This document shows positions 27,732-37,290 of a DNA stretch of 64,000 nt, piece by piece (positions within the stretch are counted from its first letter, which is position 1; the number at the start of each line of letters is the position of its first letter). The stretch is from contig NZ_CALIFA010000030.1 of assembly GCF_938021905.1 (NCBI RefSeq), forward strand, positions 22,483 to 86,482, given 5' to 3'. The stretch comes from Haemophilus parahaemolyticus (GTDB lineage: Bacteria > Pseudomonadota > Gammaproteobacteria > Enterobacterales > Pasteurellaceae). A model generated the notes under the pieces. It searched no databases and was not told the DNA's origin. It saw only the letters and a program-made list of their open reading frames with translations. The position numbers and the translations under genes were made by a program.

Positions 27732-28829
27732 TTATTCATCAACGGGTTGATACTCAGGAAACTCACCCACTATTACATTAAATTCTAGCTCTTTACCTTG
27801 TCGAAGCAATAATACTCTCACTTTCGTATTTGGGCTAATATTTCCCAAAGCTTCCATCATTTGCGAAGCCGAAACAGCCTCAATATTATCAATTTTTAAA
27901 ATGATATCACCAACATGGATGCCAGCCTTTTCAGCAGGACCATTCGGATTCACGCCTGTAATCAAAACGCCCTTTTCTACCCCCATTTGTTGAGCACTAA
28001 AGAAAATATCGCTTCGCACGCCAAAGTAGCCACGAATAACGCGTCCATCTTTGATGATTTTATTCATAATTTCGATTGCTTGACTGATTGGAATAGCGAA
28101 ATTCAAGCCTTCTGCAATTGAATCTGAGCCTGTTACACTAAGTTCACGAATTTCTCCACTATTTTTCAGGCTAATCGTGTTGATTCCAATCAATTCGCCA
28201 GCAGTGTTGATCAAGGCTCCACCTGAATTTCCTTTACTAATCGGTGCATCAGTTTGAATAAAGTTCTGTCTTGTGCGGTCAGAAATCGTATTCCGCCCTT
28301 TAGCACTAATAATACCTTGAGTAACGCTCTGCCCTAAATTATAAGGATTACCAATTGCCAACACTACGTCCCCTACTTTGGATTCTCGTTGAGGATTTTG
28401 AGGTATAGTAGGTAATTTTCCACCATCGATTTTCAGTACCGCCAAATCAGTTAATACATCGAATCCAACCAAGGTTGCCGAATAGCCTTTACCGGATTGC
28501 AAATAAACATCAATTTGATAGCCATCTTTAATGACATGGTTATTGGTTAATACATAACCGTTTTCTGTCATAATCACGCCCGAACCTAAATTCAATCGAG
28601 AGCCGTTGCTGCTAGATTGATCTAAAATCTGCGTATAAATATTTACCACGGCAGGCGAGGCTTTTTGTACGGCTTCCGAATAGCTAAAGACATCAGGCTG
28701 AAATACATTCAACTGTTTGACTTGCTTCCCAACCCAAGGAAAAAGCAAAATCAGCCCTGCAAAACAGAGCCCAAATATCACCGCTTGTATGACCTTCTTT
28801 AGCATTCTATTTTTCTCATTTAATTTCAT
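27732..28829 (-). CDS. degS: Periplasmic serine endoprotease DegS (HtrA family, single PDZ)
   Basis: 365 aa. N-terminal TM anchor, catalytic H (TNNHVI), D and S (GNSGGAL), and one PDZ domain. Confidence 0.85.
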   Translation of the reverse strand: MKLNEKNRMLKKVIQAVIFGLCFAGLILLFPWVGKQVKQLNVFQPDVFSYSEAVQKASPAVVNIYTQILDQSSSNGSRLNLGSGVIMTENGYVLTNNHVIKDGYQIDVYLQSGKGYSATLVGFDVLTDLAVLKIDGGKLPTIPQNPQRESKVGDVVLAIGNPYNLGQSVTQGIISAKGRNTISDRTRQNFIQTDAPISKGNSGGALINTAGELIGINTISLKNSGEIRELSVTGSDSIAEGLNFAIPISQAIEIMNKIIKDGRVIRGYFGVRSDIFFSAQQMGVEKGVLITGVNPNGPAEKAGIHVGDIILKIDNIEAVSASQMMEALGNISPNTKVRVLLLRQGKELEFNVIVGEFPEYQPVDE

Positions 28830-28973
28830 TAATTTTACTTTAGTATATCATTTTCTTTTCTTAAAAAAAGTAATCAAAATTTATTTCCGCATTTAAAGTT
28901 GATATATTTTCTGTTTTAGGCACATTATGCTAAAATTGATAAAAATCATCCAAATATATTATGGTTTGTACTT

Positions 28974-29777
28974 ATGAAAATAGAAAATTATCAACAGCCA
29001 ACTATGTTTCAATTTTTAAACCTCGTAGCTCAACTTCGCAATCCTAAAGGAGGCTGCCCCTGGGATCTTGCCCAAAACTTCGATACGATGCTTCCACATT
29101 TATTAGAAGAAACCTATGAAGTTGCAGAAGCAATTCATACGCAAGATCGCACCGCTTTACGTGAAGAATTAGGCGATTTGCTCCTTCAAGTTGTTTTCCT
29201 CAGTCAACTAGCTAAAGAAGAGGGATCTTTTGATTTTAATGATGTGCTGACTGATATTCATAATAAGCTGATTTATCGCCATCCACACGTTTTTGGCGAT
29301 AAAAAAGCGGCAAACAGCGAAGAAGCATTAAAAACGTGGGAAGAACAAAAAGCGAATGATGAGAAGCATCAGGCTCATAATTCAATTTTAGATGATTTAC
29401 CTTTCGCCTTACCTGCACTGACACGAGCATATAAATTACAAAAACGTTGTGCTAAAGTGGGGTTTGACTGGGATAACCCACAATCAGTCTTTCATAAAGT
29501 TGAAGAAGAATTACAAGAAGTCTGGAACGAAATGGCACAATCGCCTGTTCAAGCCGAGAAATTAGAAGAAGAACTAGGTGATTTATTATTTGTTAGCACT
29601 AACCTTTGTCGCCATTATGGTATTGATGCCGAGAGCTGTTTACGCAAAGCCAATGCTAAATTTGAACGCCGTTTTCGTGGCGTAGAACAATTAGTCAAAT
29701 CTCAACAAAAACAAGTTTCAGATTGTAGCTTAAATGAATTAGATGCATTGTGGAATGAAATCAAATCTCGCGAATAA
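28974..29777 (+). CDS. mazG: Nucleoside triphosphate pyrophosphohydrolase MazG
   Basis: 267 aa. Two MazG EExxE motifs (EELGDLLLQV, EELGDLLFVS). Confidence 0.9.
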   Translation: MKIENYQQPTMFQFLNLVAQLRNPKGGCPWDLAQNFDTMLPHLLEETYEVAEAIHTQDRTALREELGDLLLQVVFLSQLAKEEGSFDFNDVLTDIHNKLIYRHPHVFGDKKAANSEEALKTWEEQKANDEKHQAHNSILDDLPFALPALTRAYKLQKRCAKVGFDWDNPQSVFHKVEEELQEVWNEMAQSPVQAEKLEEELGDLLFVSTNLCRHYGIDAESCLRKANAKFERRFRGVEQLVKSQQKQVSDCSLNELDALWNEIKSRE

Positions 29778-29857
29778 TTTGACAATTTAATCTAAAGTTA
29801 TACATTATTTGTCGAATTTAAATGGATAAACATGGAAATATACAAAAGGTAATGATT

Positions 29858-30592
29858 ATGCCTGAAATTTTGCTTGTCGATGATGATTTAGAACTGACAG
29901 AACTCTTAGCAGAATTACTTTTACTAGAAGGATTCAACGTAACCGTTGTCCATAACGGACAGGAAGCTCTTTCGCTTTTGACAACCCAATCTTTTGACAT
30001 GATGTTGTTAGATATTATGATGCCAGTATTAAATGGTACAGAAACACTCAAACAACTGCGTAAGACTTCAAACATGCCCGTACTAATGCTGAGTGCTCGA
30101 GATGATGATATTGATCGTGTCCTTGGGTTAGAATTAGGTGCTGATGATTATTTACCTAAACCATTTAATGATCGTGAATTGGTCGCACGTATTAAAGCGA
30201 TTTTACGCCGTTCTACGGCTTCGCTTACTCCACAACCAATTACACAGCCAATTAAAACAAACAATAGTCCAGAAGAACATAAAGGAAAACCACTTTCCTT
30301 TAATGGGATAGAATTACATTCAGGTCGTCAACAAGCTACTTATAACGGACGGGATTTAGAACTAACTGGAACAGAGTTTTCATTGCTCCAAATTCTTATT
30401 CAGAATCCAGGCGTCATTCTGTCTCGTGAACTATTAAATCTTGAAATTCTAGGAAAAACATTAACCCCTTATGATCGTGCTATTGATATGCATATATCTA
30501 ATTTACGTAAGAAATTACCTGAGCGTGAAGATAATTTACCGTGGTTTAAGACTTTACGTGGGCGTGGCTACTTACTAGTAACAGGGAAATAA
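29858..30592 (+). CDS. cpxR: Two-component response regulator CpxR (OmpR family)
   Basis: From MPEILLVDDD, with SD aaagg 8 nt upstream. Strong similarity to E. coli CpxR through the winged-helix C-terminus (TLRGRGYLL). Confidence 0.9.
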   Translation: MPEILLVDDDLELTELLAELLLLEGFNVTVVHNGQEALSLLTTQSFDMMLLDIMMPVLNGTETLKQLRKTSNMPVLMLSARDDDIDRVLGLELGADDYLPKPFNDRELVARIKAILRRSTASLTPQPITQPIKTNNSPEEHKGKPLSFNGIELHSGRQQATYNGRDLELTGTEFSLLQILIQNPGVILSRELLNLEILGKTLTPYDRAIDMHISNLRKKLPEREDNLPWFKTLRGRGYLLVTGK

Positions 30593-30645
30593 TTATTTTC
30601 CCTCGCTAAATTATTACTAGCGAGGGTTCTTATTTGAGAGACTAT

Positions 30646-32049
30646 ATGCAAAAAAAATCCGTTTCCTTATTTCCATTAGTTAATAATTACCTATTTTTTC
30701 AACTTTTTTTCTACTTCAGTGGCATTTTTATTTTCGTTCTATTTCTAACTTTTTTTCTTTCTAATCTTGATGACCGAAAATTAATTCCTCTCGTTGAAAA
30801 TGATATTACTTTTCTTAATAACGAAATTACTAAACTTAAACATCGCTATAACTTTGATGAGGTTTTTGAAAAAGATCTTTCCATTCACACGCCTAGTGGC
30901 TTAGAGCTGGTTTTAGTTGACCAACAAACAAATATTGTAAGCGGAATGGAACAATCTAACATTCGTCCTCTGCTTTCATTCTTATATCAAACTGAAGATA
31001 ATGGTGTACCAATGGCTCGTAGCTTTGATGATTTACGTATTAATGGGCCATTTTTATTAGGCACAGAACACCGTACATATAAAGCCTACTTTCTATACCC
31101 AATTCAAGCACAAAAAGAGTGGTTAAACAACCTATATGACAACCCCATTCAAATAATTATTTTATTAATTATTTTGGTGCTTCCAACAATTTTTATCTTA
31201 TCTTGGCTCATTACTCGACCATTAAACAATCTCCGAATCACTGCAAATGCTGTTGCTCGTGGTTCACTGATAATCAATCCTAAGATTGAATCTCGAGGAA
31301 TTAAAGAATTTAGAGAAGTTGGTCGTAGTTTAAATTATATGATTCGTTCATTGCAAACTTTAAATAACCATCAACAACAATTACTTTCAGATATTTCACA
31401 TGAACTTAAAACACCATTAGCACGCTTACAACTTGCCACTGCTATTTTAAAAAAGAAAAATGGCGAGACAAAAGAAACGGAGCGAATTGAAAATGAAATT
31501 CAGAAAATGAATAGCATGGTGCTTGATTTACTCTCACTTTCTCGCTTGGAATTAAATCAACATATTTCCCGAAAACTCTTTCCGGCTGAAGATATATGGA
31601 AAAACATATTAGAAGATACTCGCTTTGAAATCGAACAATATGGTTTAAAATTATTTATCGAAGATCAGATTAAAGATAAAGAACTTTATACATTAAATGG
31701 CAATGTCAACTTATTATCAAGTGCACTAGAAAATATTATTCGTAATGCACAAAAATATGCAAAAAATATCGTAAAAGTCCAGATATCCATTATTCAAGAG
31801 CAAGAGCAGAATCTTCTATTTATTGCAACAGATGATGATGGCGAAGGCGTACCAGATCACGAATTAGAACATATTTTCCGACCGTTCTATCGTGTTGATG
31901 AAGCACGAGCAAGACAAACAGGGGGAACGGGATTAGGCTTAACAATCGTAGCCAATGCTGTTCAACAACACCAAGGTAAAGTCAAGGCAATAAAAAGTGA
32001 GTTAGGTGGTTTACGTGTCGAAATTCGCCTACCACTCTGGATAGAATAA
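30646..32049 (+). CDS. cpxA: Envelope-stress sensor histidine kinase CpxA
   Basis: From the ATG at 30646; the ORF track used a TTG start at 30634. Two TM segments, HAMP, an H-box (LLSDISHELKTPL), and G-boxes (GGTGLGL). Confidence 0.9.
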   Translation: MQKKSVSLFPLVNNYLFFQLFFYFSGIFIFVLFLTFFLSNLDDRKLIPLVENDITFLNNEITKLKHRYNFDEVFEKDLSIHTPSGLELVLVDQQTNIVSGMEQSNIRPLLSFLYQTEDNGVPMARSFDDLRINGPFLLGTEHRTYKAYFLYPIQAQKEWLNNLYDNPIQIIILLIILVLPTIFILSWLITRPLNNLRITANAVARGSLIINPKIESRGIKEFREVGRSLNYMIRSLQTLNNHQQQLLSDISHELKTPLARLQLATAILKKKNGETKETERIENEIQKMNSMVLDLLSLSRLELNQHISRKLFPAEDIWKNILEDTRFEIEQYGLKLFIEDQIKDKELYTLNGNVNLLSSALENIIRNAQKYAKNIVKVQISIIQEQEQNLLFIATDDDGEGVPDHELEHIFRPFYRVDEARARQTGGTGLGLTIVANAVQQHQGKVKAIKSELGGLRVEIRLPLWIE

Positions 32050-32103
32050 GCTGAACTTATTGCTTTTTTGTTAGTCGAATAAGCAAATTTTTTTCTCTTT
32101 TTG

Positions 32104-32137
32104 ACCGCTTGTGGTAACTCACAAGCGGTTAATTTTT
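32104..32137 (+). terminator. cpxA terminator built from an inverted uptake-signal-sequence pair
   Basis: ACCGCTTGTGgtaactCACAAGCGGT, a perfect 10-bp stem, followed by taattttt. Confidence 0.75.
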
Positions 32138-32158
32138 CCTAAATTTTTACAAACACTT

Positions 32159-34081
32159 ATGAACGTAATCGAAATTGAACAGCTCAACAAATACTTTGGC
32201 GAAGGTGAAAACCGAGCACACATTTTAAAAGATGTGAATGTTAGTATTCAGCAAGGCGATTTTGTGGCGATTATCGGAGCCTCGGGTTCAGGTAAATCAA
32301 CGCTAATGAATATTATTGGCTGCCTTGATACTGCAAGTTCTGGTATTTGTCGCATTGCAGGCAAAGAAACCAAATTAATGACTACGGATGAACTTTCAGA
32401 ACTCCGCCAACGTAAATTCGGTTTTATCTTTCAACGCTACAATCTCTTGAGTTCCTTAAATGCGAATGAAAATGTTGCTCTGCCAGCGATTTATGCAGGA
32501 ATGGAAAGTACTGCCCGTAAAGCACGAGCAAATCAGCTGTTAGACAAACTTGGGCTTGTAGATAAAACTGAAAATCGACCGAACCAACTTTCGGGCGGAC
32601 AACAACAACGGGTCAGTATTGCCCGTGCATTGATGAATGGTGGAGAAATTATTCTTGCTGATGAACCTACGGGGGCACTGGATTCTCATAGCGGTCAAGT
32701 TGTACTTGGTATTTTGCAAAATCTACATAAAGAAGGGCATACCATTATTATGGTAACCCACGACCCGAAAATTGCCGCAACCGCAAACCGTGTGATTGAA
32801 ATCAAAGATGGGCAAATTATTCGAGATGAACGCCAACAACCTTATGCCGTAGAACCGCAATCAACTCCTCCACCGCATAAAAAACCTCGCTTTTTTGATC
32901 AACTTGCTGAATCGTTCAAAATGGCAATTAATGCTATTTTCGCTCATAAATTACGTGCACTATTAACGATGTTAGGGATTGTCATTGGTATTACTTCTGT
33001 TATTTCCGTAGTGGCATTAGGGCGTGGGTCACAAGAACAGATTTTATCCAACATCAATAACCTTGGTACTAATACAATGACGATCATGAATGGTACAGGC
33101 TTTGGTGACCGACGAGCCAATCTGACTAAAAACCTTACGATTAGCGATGCAGTGATGCTAGGTAAACAGAATTTCGTGGATAGTACGACCCCTTCTAGTT
33201 CATTTAGCACAACATTGATTTATGGCAATACGAATGTAACTGGCTCCGTAAATGGCGTAGGCGAGCAATATGCCGATGTGCGAGGCATTAAAATGCACTC
33301 AGGGCGTTTTTTCAGTGAAGATGAAGTGAACGAAGCGGCTCAAGTGGTAGTGATTGATGCCAATACACAGAAAGATCTTGGATTAACTTCACCTGTTGAA
33401 GGTAAAATTATTCTGGTTGGTAAAAAGCCGCTTCGCATTATCGGCTTGGCGGAAGAGTCTAACAATATGAACCAAACCAGTCTTAAGCTCTGGACACCTT
33501 ACACAACGCTAATGCAACGTATTTCTGGCGAGAAGTCTATTGACTCGCTCACTGTCAAAATTAAAGATAATGTGGAAAGTCAGACGGCTGAGAAAAGCAT
33601 TACCGAGTTGCTTACAGCTAAACACGGCAAAAAAGATTTCTTTATTATGAACTCAGACACCATCAAACAAACCATTACCAGCACCACTAACACAATGACG
33701 TTACTGATTTCCTCGATTGCGTTGATTTCGCTTGTTGTGGGTGGAATCGGTGTGATGAATATAATGTTAGTTTCAGTGACCGAACGCACGAAAGAAATTG
33801 GCGTGCGGATGGCGATTGGAGCGAAACAGAGTAACATTCTGCAACAATTCTTGATTGAAGCAATGCTAATCTGCTTACTTGGTGGCGTGATTGGTATTCT
33901 TTTTGCCGTTGCCATTATCACAGCATTTAACACACTTGGCAGCGATTTTAAAATGGTGCTCTCGCCTGAATCCGTTATACTTGCCGTATTCTGCTCTACC
34001 TTAATCGGAGTAGTGTTCGGTTATATGCCAGCCAAAAACGCCTCGAAGTTAAACCCGATTACCGCGTTATCTCAAGAATAA
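32159..34081 (+). CDS. macB: Macrolide/peptide export ABC transporter MacB (fused ATPase and permease)
   Basis: From the ATG at 32159, [14 protein letters not shown]-terminal ABC ATPase ([24 protein letters not shown]). A periplasmic domain and 4-TM FtsX-type permease. There is no macA immediately upstream. Confidence 0.9.
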   Translation: MNVIEIEQLNKYFGEGENRAHILKDVNVSIQQGDFVAIIGASGSGKSTLMNIIGCLDTASSGICRIAGKETKLMTTDELSELRQRKFGFIFQRYNLLSSLNANENVALPAIYAGMESTARKARANQLLDKLGLVDKTENRPNQLSGGQQQRVSIARALMNGGEIILADEPTGALDSHSGQVVLGILQNLHKEGHTIIMVTHDPKIAATANRVIEIKDGQIIRDERQQPYAVEPQSTPPPHKKPRFFDQLAESFKMAINAIFAHKLRALLTMLGIVIGITSVISVVALGRGSQEQILSNINNLGTNTMTIMNGTGFGDRRANLTKNLTISDAVMLGKQNFVDSTTPSSSFSTTLIYGNTNVTGSVNGVGEQYADVRGIKMHSGRFFSEDEVNEAAQVVVIDANTQKDLGLTSPVEGKIILVGKKPLRIIGLAEESNNMNQTSLKLWTPYTTLMQRISGEKSIDSLTVKIKDNVESQTAEKSITELLTAKHGKKDFFIMNSDTIKQTITSTTNTMTLLISSIALISLVVGGIGVMNIMLVSVTERTKEIGVRMAIGAKQSNILQQFLIEAMLICLLGGVIGILFAVAIITAFNTLGSDFKMVLSPESVILAVFCSTLIGVVFGYMPAKNASKLNPITALSQE

Positions 34082-34088
34082 TCTGTAC

Positions 34089-34110
34089 AAGCGGTCAAAT
34101 TTGACCGCTT
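34089..34110. terminator. Bidirectional terminator from an inverted uptake-signal-sequence pair (macB / pmbA)
   Basis: AAGCGGTCAAAtTTGACCGCTT. Confidence 0.7.
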
Positions 34111-34129
34111 ATTTACGATTATGAAATAA

Positions 34130-35479
34130 CTACTCCCCCGAAATCTTCATTTTTTCAATCAAAATCGATCCAGTTTGGATATTGGAACGATGCTCCACAT
34201 CATCAGCTACTGCAACAATTTTGTTAAACATCTCTTGCAATTGACCTGCGACAGTAATTTCTGCTACAGGGTATTGAATTTTACCCTTTTCTACCCAAAA
34301 ACCTGCAGCCCCACGCGAATATTCGCCTGTAACAGGGTTAATTGCCGAACCTAAGAATTCAGTTAAAAGCAAGCCTGTATCCATCTCTTTTAAAAGAGTA
34401 TCCAAGCCACCTTCACGGTTTGGTTTAACAAGCCAGTTGTGTATACCGCCTGCGTGCCCTGTGCTTTTTAAACCCATTTTACGAGCTGAATAGCTGGTCA
34501 TTAAATAGGTTTGTAACACGCCATCAGTAATGATTTCACGGTCTTGCGTTATCACACCTTCGCTGTCAAATGCAGTTGAAGCAAGCTGACGTAAAAGATG
34601 TGGACGTTCGGAAATTTCGAACCAATCAGGTAGCACTTGTTTTCCTAAATGGTCAAGTAAAAAGCTTGATTTGCGATACAAAGCACCACCACTAATCGCC
34701 CCTGCTAAATGCCCAATTAATCCTGTTGCCACATCGTTGTAGTAAATTACAGGCACTTCACACGTTTTGATCTTTTGCGGATTAAGGCGATCAACCGCTT
34801 TAAATGCCGCTTGCTGCCCTACCCATTGCGGTGCTTGTAACTTATCAAACTCACGTGAAATGGTGTATTCATAATCACGTTCTAGCTGTTCGCCATGAGC
34901 AGCAATCACGCTACACGAAAGCGAATAACGGCTGGAAAGGTTACTTTGCAACATTCCATGCGTATTGCCATACACGCGAACGCCACTGTGTGAATTGAAA
35001 GTTGCTCCTTCGCTATTGACGATTTGTTCATCGGCATTAAGTGCTGCATTTTCGGTTTCAATCGCTAAGGCTAATGCTTGGTCTACCGATAAATCTGCTT
35101 GATGATAAAGCTCTAAATCAGGCGCATCAAATGCCATTAATTCTTTATCTGCCAAACCTGCACAATCATCTTCTGAGGTATGTTTTGCAATGGCTAAAGC
35201 AGATTCGACCGCTTGTTGAATTGATTTTGATTGTAAATCTGATGTGGAAGCATTGCCCTTACGTTTACCTAAATAGACAGAGATACCGAGTGAACCATCG
35301 TTGTTAAATTCAATATTTTCCACCTGCTTCAAACGGCTAGAAACCGAAAGTCCTGCTACTTTGGTTACGCCAACTTCGGCTTCCGCCCCTGCTTTTTTCG
35401 CAAAATTTAAGGCAAATTCGACCGCTTGACGAAGTTCTTGCTCTTGAGTTTGTAATTCTTGTTTAGTAATAAAGGACAT
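34130..35479 (-). CDS. pmbA: Metalloprotease PmbA (TldE)
   Basis: 449 aa. TldD/PmbA family, and conserved divergent pairing with yjgA. Confidence 0.9.
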   Translation of the reverse strand: MSFITKQELQTQEQELRQAVEFALNFAKKAGAEAEVGVTKVAGLSVSSRLKQVENIEFNNDGSLGISVYLGKRKGNASTSDLQSKSIQQAVESALAIAKHTSEDDCAGLADKELMAFDAPDLELYHQADLSVDQALALAIETENAALNADEQIVNSEGATFNSHSGVRVYGNTHGMLQSNLSSRYSLSCSVIAAHGEQLERDYEYTISREFDKLQAPQWVGQQAAFKAVDRLNPQKIKTCEVPVIYYNDVATGLIGHLAGAISGGALYRKSSFLLDHLGKQVLPDWFEISERPHLLRQLASTAFDSEGVITQDREIITDGVLQTYLMTSYSARKMGLKSTGHAGGIHNWLVKPNREGGLDTLLKEMDTGLLLTEFLGSAINPVTGEYSRGAAGFWVEKGKIQYPVAEITVAGQLQEMFNKIVAVADDVEHRSNIQTGSILIEKMKISGE

Positions 35480-35579
35480 AGTTTTACCTTATTATGAATG
35501 GAATAAGGTATATTCTACCTGAAAATTTTGATAAAATAACGCCATTTTAACTGCTCGAACGAGCGATAATGGAGAGGTA

Positions 35580-36110
35580 ATGGCTAAAAAACGTCATAAT
35601 GAGATCGACTGGACAGATGAAGAAGAGGAAATCATCTGGGTCAGTAAAAGTGAAATCAAACGGGATTCGGAACAATTGAAGAAATTAGGTGCAGAGTTAA
35701 TTGAACTTAGCCCACAGAATTTAGCGAAAATTCCTCTTGATGAGGATTTAAAAGAGGCAGTTCGCCAAGCACAAAACTTCAAATTGGAAGCTCGTCGCCG
35801 TCAAATCCAATTTATCGGCAAGCTACTCCGCAACCGTGATCCTGAGCCAATTCAAGATGCATTGAATAAAGTAAAAAATCGGCACAACCAACAACAGGCA
35901 TTATTACATAAACTGGAACTTGTGCGTGATCAGCTGATTGCAATGGGTGATAATGCGTTAAATCATTTAATGAACGAATATTCGCATTTAGATCGTCAAC
36001 ATTTACGTAACTTGATACGTATTGCTCAAAAAGAAAAAGAAACGAATAAACCGCCTAAAGCGTATCGTGATATTTACCAATACTTAAAAACTGAAATTGC
36101 GGAGGCATAA
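35580..36110 (+). CDS. yjgA: Ribosome-associated protein YjgA (DUF615)
   Basis: 176 aa. [24 protein letters not shown]..., near-identical to the E. coli YjgA core. Confidence 0.85.
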   Translation: MAKKRHNEIDWTDEEEEIIWVSKSEIKRDSEQLKKLGAELIELSPQNLAKIPLDEDLKEAVRQAQNFKLEARRRQIQFIGKLLRNRDPEPIQDALNKVKNRHNQQQALLHKLELVRDQLIAMGDNALNHLMNEYSHLDRQHLRNLIRIAQKEKETNKPPKAYRDIYQYLKTEIAEA

Positions 36111-36484
36111 TGCTTGATATTTTACCAAAACTTATTCACAGCCACGCAGGCTTTGCTTATTTAAGCCTGATTTTGCTTTTAACTCGAGGGGCGTTGAGTG
36201 CAAGAAAAGTCGACTGGCGACAATATAAAATATTAAAAATCTCCCCACATATTATCGACACCTTGTTGTTATTAAGCGGTGCAACGGTGGTTTATACTTA
36301 TACTTCTGAAGGCATTTACACTTTTTCTGAATTAAGTTGGTTACTTGGAAAATTTTTATTTATTGTGCTTTATGTGATTTTTTCCACAAAAGCCTTTAAG
36401 AAAAACCAACCTTATTCCATCAAATTCTATCTGCTTTCAGTCGTGAGTTTTATGCTCGCTATGTTTATTGCAGCACATCATTAA
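36110..36484 (+). CDS. SirB2/YchQ-like small inner-membrane protein
   Basis: 124 aa, about 4 TM. The pattern HxH...LS..LL.RG...KILKISPHIIDTLLL resembles the SirB2 family. Confidence 0.45.
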   Translation: MLDILPKLIHSHAGFAYLSLILLLTRGALSARKVDWRQYKILKISPHIIDTLLLLSGATVVYTYTSEGIYTFSELSWLLGKFLFIVLYVIFSTKAFKKNQPYSIKFYLLSVVSFMLAMFIAAHH

Positions 36485-36518
36485 AAGAAAGGCGTGGAAG
36501 AAAATTCACGCCTTCATC

Positions 36519-37112
36519 TTACAAATAAGTTTCTAAAATCTCTCTTAAAATTGCATACCCTTTCTCGTTATAATGCAATCCATCTATAGTCAAATAGCGA
36601 TCCAAATTTCCCTCATTATCCAAGAACTTTCCATAAGTTGGAATAAAGGTTAAAGGTGCGGGACAATGAGCTTTGAAATAAGTATTCATTGCCTGAATGT
36701 CTGTATTAGCTACGGTTTCAATATGGTTTACTGGGGTTGCTTCTAACAAGAAATACCGTGTATTAGGCAGTGCAAACGGTTCTGTTTCTTCGATAATTTG
36801 TGAAATCCAATCCAAAACTTGCTGTGGCGAATAATTGGGTTCTTTCACAATATCGTTTACGCCCAAAAAGATAAACACTGTTTTACCTAGATGCTGAATA
36901 TGTTTCGGCTTGACAATCACATCTAAATATTGTCGTGTACTCGTACCAGAAATTCCCAAATTCGCCACACTCAGCCCTTTTAATGTTAGAGTCTTCTCAA
37001 AACCTTCCCACATATCAAACAAAGAATGTCCAATTAACGTGACGTTAGCACGTTTTTCAAACTCAACTTGTTTGGTTTTATAACGATTGAAAATATCTTG
37101 ATCGTTCAGCAT
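36519..37112 (-). CDS. SGNH/GDSL-family hydrolase
   Basis: Start at MLNDQD (ATG 37112, SD aggagag). GxSxx block IGHSLF, and a DGLHYN (DxxH) catalytic block near the C-terminus. Confidence 0.6.
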   Translation of the reverse strand: MLNDQDIFNRYKTKQVEFEKRANVTLIGHSLFDMWEGFEKTLTLKGLSVANLGISGTSTRQYLDVIVKPKHIQHLGKTVFIFLGVNDIVKEPNYSPQQVLDWISQIIEETEPFALPNTRYFLLEATPVNHIETVANTDIQAMNTYFKAHCPAPLTFIPTYGKFLDNEGNLDRYLTIDGLHYNEKGYAILREILETYL

Positions 37113-37242
37113 AACTCTCTCCTGAAAAATAGGAATATACACCCAATTATTATAATGCATCTAGTGTATTGCTCTAGAACGAAATTCCAATTTTGTGAGC
37201 AGGGTCACAGTTTAGCAAATTACTTATTAAATTTTACCGCCT

Positions 37243-37275
37243 GTAAAAAATAAAACCCAGTCGAAACTGGGTTTT
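37243..37275 (-). terminator. Terminator of the autotransporter gene
   Basis: aaaacccagtcgaaactgggtttt hairpin, followed on the minus strand by a T-run (plus-strand taaaaaat). Confidence 0.8.
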
Positions 37276-37290
37276 CATTAAACATGAGAT

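Noticed and set aside
29778-29857. Looked for CpxR boxes (GTAAA-N5-GTAAA) upstream of cpxR
   Set aside because: No tandem GTAAA repeats were found, so autoregulation cannot be supported from sequence.
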